Assembly: GCA_018333635.1 (NCBI GenBank)
Contig: JAGXTL010000029.1
Location: 3,322-67,321 of the forward strand
DNA from: Dethiobacter sp.
Lineage (GTDB): Bacteria > Bacillota > Dethiobacteria > Dethiobacterales > Dethiobacteraceae
Direction: 5' to 3'
DNA length: 64,000 bases
Shown here: piece by piece, positions 17,973-28,044 of the stretch
How the letters are laid out: every line of letters begins with the position of its first letter
Position numbering within the stretch: position 1 is the first letter of the stretch
The notes under the pieces: generated by a model
Database searches by the model: none
The model's input: the letters and a program-made list of their open reading frames with translations, nothing else
Told to the model about the DNA's origin: nothing
Made by a program: the position numbers and the translations under genes

Positions 17973-20618
17973 ATGAAAGAGAAAGAAATGGCGCCGGTCT
18001 ATGCTCCCGCAGAAGTGGAAGACAGACTTTATCAGGACTGGCTGGCTCACAATTACTTTCGCGCCCAGGGGGACCCGGAAAAAGCGACATTTACTATCGT
18101 CATTCCCCCTCCTAATGTGACGGGCTCTTTACATATGGGCCATGCGCTTGATAACACTATCCAGGATATTTTAATCCGCCGTAAGCGCATGCAGGGCTTT
18201 GACACACTCTGGCTGCCCGGCACCGACCATGCGGGAATAGCTACCCAGATTAAAGTGGAAGAACATTTGGCAGAAGAGGGAGTCTCGCGTCATGAATTAG
18301 GGCGGGAGAAATTCATAGAGCGGACTTGGGGCTGGAAGGAAGAATACCACCGGCGGATCACAAAACAGCTGCAAAAACTGGGAGTTTCCTGTGACTGGTC
18401 AAGAGAGCGTTTTACCATGGACGAGGGCTGTTCCCGGGCAGTGCGGGAAGTATTTGTTTCTCTCTATGAGCAGGGGCTGATTTACAGGGGAGATTATATC
18501 ATCAACTGGTGTCCACGCTGTCATACCGCTCTCTCTGATATCGAAGTGGAGCACGAAGATAAAGAGGGAACTTTGACTTTTATTCGCTATCCGTTGGCGG
18601 CTGGTGAAGGTGATATTGTTGTGGCTACCACCCGCCCGGAAACTATGCTGGGTGATACGGCGGTGGCTGTCCACCCGGAAGATCCACGCTATGCTCATTT
18701 TATCGGTAAGCAGGTGATGCTGCCGCTGCTGGGGCGTGCTATTCCGGTAGTTGCCGATGAGTACGTTGATCCCGAGTTTGGCAGCGGGGCGGTGAAAATT
18801 ACTCCGGCCCATGACGCCAACGATTTTGCTTTGGCTGCCCGCCATAATTTACCTGCGCTGGTAGTGATTGCTGCTGATGGTACGATGACGAAAGAAGCGG
18901 GAGTGTATGCCGGTCTTGACCGCTTTGCGGCCAGAGCGCAAGTGGTGGCTGACTTGGAAAAGGCGGGTTTGCTTCTGGAGACGGAGGGACATGCCCATTC
19001 GCTGGGCCATTGTCAGCGCTGTCAGACTGTAATTGAACCGCTCCTGTCAAAGCAGTGGTTCGTGCGGATGAAGCCGCTGGCGGAGCCCGCTATTGCCAAA
19101 GTTAAAAGCGGGGAAATCCGCTTTGTGCCGGAGCGCTTTACCAGGACTTATCTTAACTGGGTGGAGAATATCCGCGACTGGTGCATTTCCCGTCAAATCT
19201 GGTGGGGACACCGTATACCCGCATGGTACTGCGCCTGTGGTGAGACGATTGTCTCACGGGCAGAGGTTATATCCTGCCCGCACTGCCAGAGTAACGAGCT
19301 GTTCCAGGACGAAGATGTGCTGGACACTTGGTTCTCCTCTGCGCTCTGGCCCTTTTCCACTTTGGGCTGGCCGGATAAAACGGCTGATTTGGCTCATTTT
19401 TACCCTACCAGCGTGCTGGTCACCGGCTATGATATTATCTATTTTTGGGTGGCGCGCATGATTTTTATGGGGCTGCAGTTCATGGAGGAAATCCCTTTTC
19501 AGACCGTCTATATCCATGGCTTGGTGCGTGACGAGCAAGGACGGAAAATGAGCAAGTCTCTTGGCAACGGCGTTGACCCGCTGGAAATTATTGAGCAATA
19601 CGGCGCAGATACCTTGCGCTTTACTTTAATTACAGGACAGGCACCGGGCAATGACCAGCGCTTCCGGTTGGAAAATGTGGAGAACAGCCGTAATTTTGCC
19701 AACAAAATTTGGAATGCCTCCCGTTTTGTGCTGATGAATCTTGATAATCTGACGGCGGAGCAAGTGGTGCCTGCCGGCAACCTCTCCGATGCGGATTGCT
19801 GGATTCTGCACCGTTACAATGAGACGGCAGACCAGGTTAACCGGCTGATGGAGCGTTATGAGTTGGGGGAAGCAGCTAAAACCATTTATGAATTTTTGTG
19901 GAGCGATTACTGCGACTGGTATATCGAAATGGCTAAAATTCCACTCTATGGGGCGGAAGTGTCTGAGCAGAAACAGACAGCTCGGGCTGTTTTAAGCTTT
20001 GTGTTGGAGAGGACGCTAAGGCTGCTCCATCCTTTTATGCCTTTTATTACAGAAGAAATTCGCCGGAAACTTCCCCATGGCGGCGGCAGCATTGTGCTGG
20101 CTTCCTGGCCGGAATACGACGATTTGCTGGTTTTTCCGGAGGCTCACCAGCGCATGAATATTGTCATGGCAGTGACGCGCACCATTCGTTACCTGCGCAG
20201 TGAGGTGCAGCTCCCGCCGGGCAAGAAGATACGGGTAGTCCTTCATGCCGGGAGCCAAAGCTCTGCTGCTGCGTTGACTGAAGGGATTGCTATGCTGCAA
20301 AAACTGGCTGGGCTGGAAGAAGCGGTGATTACGCTTGACTTGCCTGAAAAACCCAGGCAAGCGGTGACTGCAGTCGTGGGAGAGATTGATGTTTACCTGC
20401 CACTAAGTGGTTTGATTGATTTAACGCAGGAAATTGGGCGGCTGGAAAAAGAATTGCAAAAGTTAAGCGGAGAATTGACCCGCGTGGAGGGAAAGCTGAA
20501 TAATCCAGGTTTTCTGGCAAAAGCGCCGCAGGATGTGGTGGCGGAGGAACGTGTTAAGGCGGAGGGCTATCGGCTGAAATGGGAGAAGGTCAATGCCCGC
20601 TTAGAAAGTTTACGGTAA
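17973..20618 (+). CDS. valS: Valine--tRNA ligase
   Basis: HIGH-type motif SLHMGHAL, KMSKS, C-terminal coiled coil. 881 aa. Confidence 0.95.
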   Translation: MKEKEMAPVYAPAEVEDRLYQDWLAHNYFRAQGDPEKATFTIVIPPPNVTGSLHMGHALDNTIQDILIRRKRMQGFDTLWLPGTDHAGIATQIKVEEHLAEEGVSRHELGREKFIERTWGWKEEYHRRITKQLQKLGVSCDWSRERFTMDEGCSRAVREVFVSLYEQGLIYRGDYIINWCPRCHTALSDIEVEHEDKEGTLTFIRYPLAAGEGDIVVATTRPETMLGDTAVAVHPEDPRYAHFIGKQVMLPLLGRAIPVVADEYVDPEFGSGAVKITPAHDANDFALAARHNLPALVVIAADGTMTKEAGVYAGLDRFAARAQVVADLEKAGLLLETEGHAHSLGHCQRCQTVIEPLLSKQWFVRMKPLAEPAIAKVKSGEIRFVPERFTRTYLNWVENIRDWCISRQIWWGHRIPAWYCACGETIVSRAEVISCPHCQSNELFQDEDVLDTWFSSALWPFSTLGWPDKTADLAHFYPTSVLVTGYDIIYFWVARMIFMGLQFMEEIPFQTVYIHGLVRDEQGRKMSKSLGNGVDPLEIIEQYGADTLRFTLITGQAPGNDQRFRLENVENSRNFANKIWNASRFVLMNLDNLTAEQVVPAGNLSDADCWILHRYNETADQVNRLMERYELGEAAKTIYEFLWSDYCDWYIEMAKIPLYGAEVSEQKQTARAVLSFVLERTLRLLHPFMPFITEEIRRKLPHGGGSIVLASWPEYDDLLVFPEAHQRMNIVMAVTRTIRYLRSEVQLPPGKKIRVVLHAGSQSSAAALTEGIAMLQKLAGLEEAVITLDLPEKPRQAVTAVVGEIDVYLPLSGLIDLTQEIGRLEKELQKLSGELTRVEGKLNNPGFLAKAPQDVVAEERVKAEGYRLKWEKVNARLESLR

Positions 20619-20645
20619 ACGAGAACAGGGGGCGCGAACAGCGTT

Positions 20646-21950
20646 ATGGATTACCCAGAGGCACTAGCCTGGATTCACAGCCTTTACCGTTTCGGCATCA
20701 ACCCGGGCTTGGAACGAGTTAAGGCACTGCTCGAGAGGCTTGGCGATCCTCAAAAGAGGCTGCGCTGTATCCATATTGCCGGCACAAACGGCAAGGGCTC
20801 TACTGCCGCCTTTCTTGCCTCTATGCTGGAGGCCGAGGGAAAGAGGGTGGCGCTTTATACATCGCCTTACCTGGAAGCATTTACTAACCGTATGGCGATT
20901 AACGGTGTCGATATCGGCCGGGAGCGTCTGGCGGCGCTGGCTACGGAAGTAAGGCTGCAGGTTGAGGCGATTGCCCGTACGGGGGCGGGACAGCCTACCG
21001 AATTTGAAGTGGTGACTGCGCTGGCCTTCATGTACTTTGCCGAGGAGCAACCGGACTGGGTGGTGGTGGAAGTTGGCCTGGGCGGCCGTCTTGACGCTAC
21101 TAATGTAATAGAGCCGGTCGTCTGTGCTATTACCAATATCGGACTGGAACATACCCAGATATTAGGCGAAACTATCGCAGAGATTGCCTATGAGAAAGCC
21201 GGAATCATCAAACCCGGTACCGCTATAGTCACCGCGGCGGAAAACCTGCAGGCGCTAAGTGTCATTCGGCGGATTGCCGGGGAGCGCGGTGCCGGCTTGT
21301 ATGAAATGGACGGCGAATTTCGCTGCACTCTCGGCGCCGCAACTCTAGACGGGCAGACCTTTGATTATCAGAGCCCATGGCGTGAGCTTAAAGGTCTGCA
21401 GATTGCCATGCTGGGACAACACCAGGTGCGCAATGCCGCCTTGGCTCTGGCTGCCCGCGAGCTGCTGCCGGAGCCATTTGCTGAAGCAGCTGTGCGACAC
21501 GGCCTTGCCGTCGCCTGCTGGCCTGGTCGGCTGGAAGTGTTTTCCCGTAATCCACTGGTGCTGGCGGACGGCGCTCACAATCCCGATGGAATTCGTGCTC
21601 TCTGCCAGGCGCTCCCCGGTATTCTGGGCGGAAAAAAATTGTTGTTAGTGGTGGGCATCCTGGCTGATAAGGCGGTAGATGAGATTTTGGCGGAGATAGT
21701 TCCCCTGGCCACCGCCGGCTTGATTGTGACCAAGCCGGATAATCCCAGGGCGGCGGAACCAATGATGGTGGCAGAAATGGCCAGGCGTTATGTTCTGCCG
21801 GGGGTGAGTGTGGCTGTGGCGGAGACGGTTGCCGCCGCAGTCGGCAAAGGGCTTGCCAATCTAACAGCAGACGAGGCTCTCTGCGTCGCCGGATCTCTTT
21901 ATACTATCAGTGAAGCAAGAGAAACTTTAAAAGCACGGTTTGCCGGCTAA
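20646..21950 (+). CDS. folC: Bifunctional folylpolyglutamate synthase / dihydrofolate synthase
   Basis: P-loop GTNGKGST, Mur-ligase architecture, valS-folC synteny. Confidence 0.9.
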   Translation: MDYPEALAWIHSLYRFGINPGLERVKALLERLGDPQKRLRCIHIAGTNGKGSTAAFLASMLEAEGKRVALYTSPYLEAFTNRMAINGVDIGRERLAALATEVRLQVEAIARTGAGQPTEFEVVTALAFMYFAEEQPDWVVVEVGLGGRLDATNVIEPVVCAITNIGLEHTQILGETIAEIAYEKAGIIKPGTAIVTAAENLQALSVIRRIAGERGAGLYEMDGEFRCTLGAATLDGQTFDYQSPWRELKGLQIAMLGQHQVRNAALALAARELLPEPFAEAAVRHGLAVACWPGRLEVFSRNPLVLADGAHNPDGIRALCQALPGILGGKKLLLVVGILADKAVDEILAEIVPLATAGLIVTKPDNPRAAEPMMVAEMARRYVLPGVSVAVAETVAAAVGKGLANLTADEALCVAGSLYTISEARETLKARFAG

Positions 21951-22048
21951 ACAGCATTTCGGCGCCTTCTCAGCGGGGCGCTGATTTTTTTTGTGGCAGG
22001 AAATTAAATCGTTTCCAACGAATGGGGGGTGTCGCAGGGCGACTTCTT

Positions 22049-22069
22049 GGGCGGGTTTGAAACCCGCCC
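22049..22069. repeat. Palindromic repeat (family 3)
   Basis: GGGCGGGTTT-G-AAACCCGCCC preceded by CTT. It is related to the CTTGGGCGGGT...ACCCGCCCAAG hairpin at 17701-17741. Confidence 0.65.
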
Positions 22070-22313
22070 CTACAATAAGGTGTTCAGCCGCAGCAGAGGC
22101 TTTGAGGTTCAAAAATATATTTTTGCGGGAGGGGAAGGGATTTTCTCTGTCATGTGGAATAAGCTTAATGTTTGTGTAAGAGTTTAGCTTGCGAAGACAG
22201 GTGGCTGAGTGTGGCGAAAAAAAATAAAAAAGTGCAGGAATTTTTCTAATTTCCTCGAATCCTCTCATGTTGAGCAAAAGTTTTCATAATATTTTTATTT
22301 TAAGGGGTGAATT

Positions 22314-23657
22314 GTGCAGATGAGCTTTAAGACGTTTAAGGGAGGCGTTCATCCCGGCGACTTCAAAAGTGCGACCGAGAAGAAGCCTGTCGTTCCCGCC
22401 AAGCCCCCTGCGGTGGCTATTATCCCACTGTCACAGCATATCGGAGCACCTTGTGAACCGCTGGTGGCTGTGGGGGATGAGGTAAAGATGGGGCAAAAGG
22501 TCGGTGACAGCAAAGGCTTTGTTTCAGCCCCGGTTCATTCCAGTGTTTCCGGGAAAGTGATAAAAATTGAAATGTGTAATTCGGCGTTGGGCCGGCCGGT
22601 GCAAGCAGTTTACATTGAGAATGATTTCCAGGACACTTGGCACGAAGATGTTGTGCCAAATCCAAACTGGCAGCAGTTGGAGATAGACGAGCTGAAAAAG
22701 TTGATTCGAGAAGGCGGTATTGTCGGTATGGGGGGAGCCACCTTCCCCACCCATGTGAAAGTGTCGCCGCCGCCTGGTCAAGTCATTGAATATGTACTGG
22801 TCAATGCAGCCGAGTGCGAGCCTTATCTTACCGCCGATCATCGTGCCATGCTAGAACGTCCGGAAGACATTATCGTCGGTCTGCAGATAGTTATGAAAGT
22901 GGTCAATGCGCCCAAAGGGATGATTGGCATAGAGGACAATAAGCCGGATGCGGTCGAAGCGCTTAAAAAAGCAGCCGCCAATTTCCCCAATATCGAAGTC
23001 CATGCCCTTCATACGAAGTATCCGCAGGGCGCGGAAAAACAGTTGATTAAAGTTTTTACCAATCGCGAAGTGCCTTCGGGGGGCTTGCCCTCGATGGTGG
23101 GCTGCGTGGTGCAAAACCCCGGCACATGTATTGCCATTGCCGATATGGTGCGTTTCGGTAAGCCCTTGATTGAACGCAATGTGACAATTACCGGCTCAGG
23201 CATTATGGAGCCAAAAAACATGCTGGTGCGGGTAGGTACTCCTTTAGAGGAAGTGATTGAGCAGTGCGGAGGATTTAAGTCTAATATCCGCAAAATGGTG
23301 CTCGGCGGTCCGATGATGGGCTTTTCGCAGCCGGGACCGGAAAACCAGCCTGTCACCAAAGGAACGTCCGGTATCCTTTGCCTTACCGACCAGGAAGTGC
23401 AGCTTTATGATATCCGCCAGTGTATTAAGTGCGCTAAATGTGTAGATGTCTGCCCGGTCAGCATTATGCCGCTTTTTATCGGCTCTTCTGTTGAACAGGG
23501 CATGTATGACAAGGCGGAAGCATATAACGCCATGGACTGCATCGAATGTGGCTGCTGCACATATATCTGCCCTTCCAGACGTCCGCTGGTGCAGTGGATT
23601 CGTATGTCCAAGGGGGATATTGCGGCTAGACGTGCTGCCGCCGCAGCGAAAAAGTAA
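22314..23657 (+). CDS. rnfC: Rnf complex subunit C
   Basis: 447 aa. Two 4Fe-4S ferredoxin motifs, CIKCAKCVDVCP and CIECGCCTYICP. NADH/FMN-binding GGATFP. Confidence 0.9.
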   Translation: MQMSFKTFKGGVHPGDFKSATEKKPVVPAKPPAVAIIPLSQHIGAPCEPLVAVGDEVKMGQKVGDSKGFVSAPVHSSVSGKVIKIEMCNSALGRPVQAVYIENDFQDTWHEDVVPNPNWQQLEIDELKKLIREGGIVGMGGATFPTHVKVSPPPGQVIEYVLVNAAECEPYLTADHRAMLERPEDIIVGLQIVMKVVNAPKGMIGIEDNKPDAVEALKKAAANFPNIEVHALHTKYPQGAEKQLIKVFTNREVPSGGLPSMVGCVVQNPGTCIAIADMVRFGKPLIERNVTITGSGIMEPKNMLVRVGTPLEEVIEQCGGFKSNIRKMVLGGPMMGFSQPGPENQPVTKGTSGILCLTDQEVQLYDIRQCIKCAKCVDVCPVSIMPLFIGSSVEQGMYDKAEAYNAMDCIECGCCTYICPSRRPLVQWIRMSKGDIAARRAAAAAKK

Positions 23658-23684
23658 GCGCAAAGGTAAAGGAGGGATAACCAG

Positions 23685-24611
23685 ATGGATAGAAAATTAG
23701 TCGTTTCTTCATCGCCGCACTTAAAGACGACGGAATCGGTTCAAAGTGTGATGATTGACGTGCTTGTGGCCTTATTTCCCGCCGCTTTGGCCGGCGTAAT
23801 TTTCTTCGGGGCGCCAGCGCTCATAACCATGGTGCTTACTACAGTTTCCGCGATGGTAGCGGAAGCAATAATTTTACGTCAGAGAAACATTTTTGGCGAC
23901 GGCAGTGCGGCTGTGGCAGGATTACTCTTGGCCATGGTTCTGCCCCCTACCGTGCCGTGGTGGCTTGCTGTTATCGGCGGTGTTACCGCAATAGTGATCG
24001 GCAAGCAGGTATTTGGCGGGATTGGCAACAACATCTTTAACCCGGCGCTTGTGGCGCGAGCCATTCTGATGGCTTCTTGGGCGACTCACATGACTACTTG
24101 GGTTCGTCCTGTTGATTTGGCCACAGCCGCCACGCCGCTGGCATTGGGTCAGAGAGCATTTAGCTTTACTAATTTATTTGTAGGCGCCGTTCCCGGTTGT
24201 ATAGGTGAAACCAGCGCCTTTGCTTTGATTCTTGGGGCCGGCTGGTTATTCTACAAAGGTCATATTACTTGGCGTATTCCCGGCGGTTTTATCGGTACTG
24301 TTTTTATCATGGGCTTCTTATTTGGTGGTTACGGCGGTGCTATGGCGATGTTTTCAGCCGGCCTTTTCCATGTATTAGCCGGGGGCGTAATGCTGGGCGC
24401 GCTTTTTATGGCTACCGATATGGTGACTTCGCCGGTCACTGCCAAAGGTCAGTTGATTTTCGGGATTGGCTGCGGTCTGCTGACGATGTTGATTCGCATC
24501 TTCGGTGCGTTTCCTGAAGGGGTCATGTTTGCCATCCTGATGATGAACGCGCTGACACCGTTAATTGACAATAAGACCTTGCCGAGGAAATACGGGGAGG
24601 TGGCGAAGTAA
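23685..24611 (+). CDS. rnfD: Rnf complex subunit D
   Basis: Polytopic NqrB/RnfD-type protein, 308 aa, following rnfC. Confidence 0.9.
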   Translation: MDRKLVVSSSPHLKTTESVQSVMIDVLVALFPAALAGVIFFGAPALITMVLTTVSAMVAEAIILRQRNIFGDGSAAVAGLLLAMVLPPTVPWWLAVIGGVTAIVIGKQVFGGIGNNIFNPALVARAILMASWATHMTTWVRPVDLATAATPLALGQRAFSFTNLFVGAVPGCIGETSAFALILGAGWLFYKGHITWRIPGGFIGTVFIMGFLFGGYGGAMAMFSAGLFHVLAGGVMLGALFMATDMVTSPVTAKGQLIFGIGCGLLTMLIRIFGAFPEGVMFAILMMNALTPLIDNKTLPRKYGEVAK

Positions 24612-25432
24612 TGAAGGACATGATCCGTATGGGAGTTATTTTAATGATTTTCTGCGTAGTGGCAGCCGCCGCTTTGGCTTACACCAACCAGGTGACGTCT
24701 ATCGTTATTGCAGAACGTCTTCATCAAGAAAAGGTGGCGCAGCTTGCGGAATTATTCCCTACACTGACTAATTTTGAGGAAAGAACGGTGGATGGGCGCA
24801 GCGCTACTGTCGCCTTTGATGCGGAGAATAAATTTGTCGGTGTGCTGGCTGAAGGGCAGACAGAGGGTTACGGCGGTCCGATTAGTTTTAACCTGGGGAT
24901 CAATGCGGCCGGTGAAATTGTCGGCTTGACGGTGGTCGCTCAGACGGAAACACCCGGTTTAGGCGATAAAATTAAAGAACCTTGGTTTACAGAACAGTTT
25001 CTTGGCAAAAAAGCCGGCGACACCTTTACTGTGGACGCGATTTCCGGCGCTACGGTCTCCGTCAAAGCTATGGAGACCGGGGTAGAAAGAGAGTATAACG
25101 AGATCTGGCAGCGCTTCAGTGACGGAGGAGCAGCCGGCGGCGCTGGCAATGCAGCTCCGGCTTTTAGCCTTGAAGGCGTGGCAGACGGCACTTATCCCGG
25201 TACAGCCAAAGGCTTTAAGGGAGACATTACGCTGGAAGTGATTGTGGCCGGCGGGAAAATCACCGCCATTAACGTAACTGCGCAGCAGGAAACAGCCGAC
25301 CGTTGGGCGGACGCTGAGAAGGTGATTGGGGAAATAATCGCAAAGCAGACGGTGCAAGTGGATGCGGTTTCGGGAGCGACAATATCTAGCGATGCCATTA
25401 TCAAAGCCGTGCAAAACGCACTGGCGCAATAG
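24611..25432 (+). CDS. rnfG: Rnf complex subunit G with an extra C-terminal FMN-binding domain
   Basis: N-terminal TM anchor. First FMN_bind module ends in VDAISGATVS. A Gly/Ala linker follows, then a second module ending in VDAVSGATISS. 273 aa, where a single-domain RnfG is around 200. Confidence 0.85.
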   Translation: MKDMIRMGVILMIFCVVAAAALAYTNQVTSIVIAERLHQEKVAQLAELFPTLTNFEERTVDGRSATVAFDAENKFVGVLAEGQTEGYGGPISFNLGINAAGEIVGLTVVAQTETPGLGDKIKEPWFTEQFLGKKAGDTFTVDAISGATVSVKAMETGVEREYNEIWQRFSDGGAAGGAGNAAPAFSLEGVADGTYPGTAKGFKGDITLEVIVAGGKITAINVTAQQETADRWADAEKVIGEIIAKQTVQVDAVSGATISSDAIIKAVQNALAQ

Positions 25433-25448
25433 CCGGGGGGGTGAAATA

Positions 25449-26048
25449 ATGAGTGTGATAAGTGAGTTCTCAAAAGGTATTATTAAGGAGAATGCCGTCT
25501 TCCGGCTGGTGCTCGGCTTGTGTCCCACATTGGCAGTTACAACCAAGGCTGAGTTTGGTCTTGGGATGGGTGTTGCCACCTCGGCAGTGCTTGTTTGCTC
25601 TAATTTGGCAATTTCTCTGATGCGCAATTTTATCCCGGCAAAAATCCGCATTCCCAGTTTTATCATTATCATTGCCACGTTTGTGACGATGGTAGATATG
25701 CTCTTAAACGCCTATATGCCTGCGCTTCACGCGCAACTGGGTATTTTTGTGCCGCTGATTGTGGTAAACTGTGTTATTCTGGGGCGCGCGGAAGCTTTTG
25801 CTTCTAAGTCTCCCGTAGTTCACTCTTTGGCCGATGGTCTAGGCATTGGTTTGGGATTTGCCTTTTCCTTGACGTTACTTGGCGCTGTGCGTGAATTGCT
25901 TGGTGCAGGTACTATTTTTAACGTCAATATTTTGGGAGCCGCCTATGAACCGTTTAAAGTATTCGGCTCCCCGCCGGGTGCTTTCTTGGCGCTGGGATTA
26001 TTGATGGCGCTGGTGAACATGCTCTCCAAGAAATATAAACTGGAGTAA
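25449..26048 (+). CDS. rnfE: Rnf complex subunit E
   Basis: Start trimmed to ATG 25449 (MSVISEFSKGIIKENAVFRLVLGLCPTLAVT). The track ORF opens inside rnfG at 25362. Confidence 0.9.
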   Translation: MSVISEFSKGIIKENAVFRLVLGLCPTLAVTTKAEFGLGMGVATSAVLVCSNLAISLMRNFIPAKIRIPSFIIIIATFVTMVDMLLNAYMPALHAQLGIFVPLIVVNCVILGRAEAFASKSPVVHSLADGLGIGLGFAFSLTLLGAVRELLGAGTIFNVNILGAAYEPFKVFGSPPGAFLALGLLMALVNMLSKKYKLE

Positions 26049-26061
26049 AGGAGGCTAGATT

Positions 26062-26637
26062 GTGGGCGAGATTTTTGCGATTGTCTTCGGGGCCATTTTC
26101 ATTAATAATTTTGTGTTATCCCGCTTTTTAGGTATCTGTCCTTTTATGGGTGTTTCCAAAAAAGTGGAAACTTCTTTAGGGATGGGGATGGCTGTTACTT
26201 TTGTTATGGGTTTGGCTTCGTTTGTGACTTGGTTGCTTGAGTATTATGTTTTGGTGCCAAATCAATTGGAGTATCTGCGCACCATCGTGTTTATTTTGGT
26301 TATCGCCTCCCTGGTTCAGTTTGTGGAACTTGTGATCCGTAAAGCCAGTCCCACCCTTTACCAGTCACTCGGCATTTTTTTGCCGCTGATTACCACAAAT
26401 TGCGCCGTGCTCGGCGTAGCGATTTTGAATATCCAGTTAGGCTATAATTTGTTTGAAGCGGTCGTCTTTGGCACTGCTGCCGCCGTCGGTTTCACCTTGG
26501 CCTTGGTAATTATGGCCGGAATTCGCGAGCGCTTGGAATTTGTGTTTGTTCCGAAACATTTTCAAGGAGTATCTATCGCCATGATTATTGCCGGAATCCT
26601 GTCCCTTGCTTTCGGGGGATTCAAGGGCATGATGTAG
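26062..26637 (+). CDS. rnfA: Rnf complex subunit A
   Basis: 191-aa polytopic protein, NqrE/RnfA-like ([20 protein letters not shown]), GTG start. Confidence 0.9.
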   Translation: MGEIFAIVFGAIFINNFVLSRFLGICPFMGVSKKVETSLGMGMAVTFVMGLASFVTWLLEYYVLVPNQLEYLRTIVFILVIASLVQFVELVIRKASPTLYQSLGIFLPLITTNCAVLGVAILNIQLGYNLFEAVVFGTAAAVGFTLALVIMAGIRERLEFVFVPKHFQGVSIAMIIAGILSLAFGGFKGMM

Positions 26638-26643
26638 GGGGAA

Positions 26644-27438
26644 ATGACAATGAGTATAATTATACCGGCAATACTCAGCCTGGGTGGGCTGGGGTTGTTA
26701 TTTGGCAGTGCGCTGGCATTTGCCGCGCAAAAGTTTGCCGTTGAAGTGGATCCTAAAGTGGAAATGGTTCAGGAAGCCCTTTTAGGCGCTAACTGCGGCG
26801 CCTGCGGCTATGCCGGCTGTGCTCAATTTGCAGAAGAAGTTGTCGCAGGGAAAGCGCCGGTTGGCGGCTGTACCCCCGGCGGCGCTAAGACGGCGAGTAA
26901 AATCGCCGAAATTCTCGGGGCAGAAGCCCCGTCGGCGGAAGCGCGTCTTGTGGCGCAGATTGTTTGTCTGGGCGACGGGGACACCGCCAAAATTAAGCAT
27001 ATCTATGACGGTGCGCCTGACTGTAAAGCGGCCCTGATGTTTGGCGGCGGGCCTCTGGCTTGCGGCTTTGGCTGTGTGGGTCTGGGCAACTGTGTCCGTG
27101 CCTGCCCTGTGCAAGCCATTGCCATGGGAAGCAACAGTCTGCCCATTATTGATGTGAATGCCTGTATCAGCTGTGGCAAATGCAAAAATATCTGCCCGCG
27201 GCAGGTGATTGAGATGGTGAATGCTAACGGGCTGCACCATGTGCGCTGCAAGTCGCGCGATAAAGGCAAACATGTGCGGACCGTGTGCGAACGTGGTTGT
27301 ATCGCCTGTAACCTGTGTGTGAAAGCATGTCCCGTGGAGGCCATCCGCATGGAAAATAATTTAGCCACTATTGACAGTTATATCTGTACCAACTGCGGCG
27401 AATGTGTCGAGGCTTGTCCGCGTACCACTATTGTTTAA
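26644..27438 (+). CDS. rnfB: Rnf complex subunit B (polyferredoxin)
   Basis: N-terminal anchor plus several Cys clusters (CGACGYAGC, CISCGKCKNICP, CIACNLCVKACP, CTNCGECVEACP). Confidence 0.9.
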   Translation: MTMSIIIPAILSLGGLGLLFGSALAFAAQKFAVEVDPKVEMVQEALLGANCGACGYAGCAQFAEEVVAGKAPVGGCTPGGAKTASKIAEILGAEAPSAEARLVAQIVCLGDGDTAKIKHIYDGAPDCKAALMFGGGPLACGFGCVGLGNCVRACPVQAIAMGSNSLPIIDVNACISCGKCKNICPRQVIEMVNANGLHHVRCKSRDKGKHVRTVCERGCIACNLCVKACPVEAIRMENNLATIDSYICTNCGECVEACPRTTIV

Positions 27439-27443
27439 GCTAC

Positions 27444-27478
27444 GGCGCGGAAGAATTAACTTCCGCGCCAGCTTTTTT
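27444..27478 (+). terminator. Intrinsic terminator after rnfB
   Basis: GGCGCGGAAG-AATTAA-CTTCCGCGCC followed by a T-run. Confidence 0.75.
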
Positions 27479-27480
27479 CG

Positions 27481-27509
27481 TTGACATTCCCGGGTTGCAG
27501 GAGTAAACT
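27481..27509 (+). promoter_or_regulatory. Putative promoter of the moaC-mrp operon
   Basis: TTGACA, 17 nt, TAAACT, immediately after the rnf terminator. Confidence 0.45.
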
Positions 27510-27543
27510 TAGCTTGTTGTAAATTGACTAGCTGGAGGCGCAA

Positions 27544-28044
27544 ATGAGTAAGCTGACACACATAAACGAGCAGGGACGGGCTAAAATGGTCGATGTTTCT
27601 GCGAAGGACGATACCCGCCGGCTGGCGGTGGCGCAAGCCTATGTGCGGCTGAAGCCGGAGACGCTGGAGTTAATCGCCTCCGGCGGCATCACCAAGGGTG
27701 ACGTACTGGCGGTTGCGCAGGTGGCCGGTGTGCTGGCAGCCAAAGAAACCTCCCGTTTGATACCAATGTGTCACCCGCTTTTTATTACGGCGGTCGATAT
27801 CTCCTTTACGCTGGACACTGTCGAACAGCTTGTGAAAATAAGGGCTTCGGTTGCTACTACCGGCAAAACGGGCGTGGAAATGGAAGCGCTTACCGCCGTT
27901 TCAGTGGCTGCGCTGACAATTTATGATATGTGCAAGGCTGTTGACAAGGAGATGGAAATCACTCATATCTGCCTGTTGGAAAAACAGGGAGGCAAGTCGG
28001 GTGATTATCGCCGGGTTGAAGGCGGGGAGGAGGGTAGGCAGTGA
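27544..28044 (+). CDS. moaC: Cyclic pyranopterin monophosphate synthase MoaC
   Basis: 166 aa. MVDVSAK, IPMCHPL and GVEMEALT motifs. Confidence 0.9.
   Translation: MSKLTHINEQGRAKMVDVSAKDDTRRLAVAQAYVRLKPETLELIASGGITKGDVLAVAQVAGVLAAKETSRLIPMCHPLFITAVDISFTLDTVEQLVKIRASVATTGKTGVEMEALTAVSVAALTIYDMCKAVDKEMEITHICLLEKQGGKSGDYRRVEGGEEGRQ

Noticed and set aside
17248-18090. Six short ORFs in the engB-valS spacer
   Set aside because: Their sequences are direct translations of the palindromic repeat families (e.g. LALSRRERV, PSPCGRGLG). They overlap each other on both strands.
27479-27543. Possible Moco riboswitch upstream of moaC
   Set aside because: The gap between the rnf terminator and the moaC ATG is about 65 nt, including the promoter. 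That is far shorter than a Moco RNA motif.
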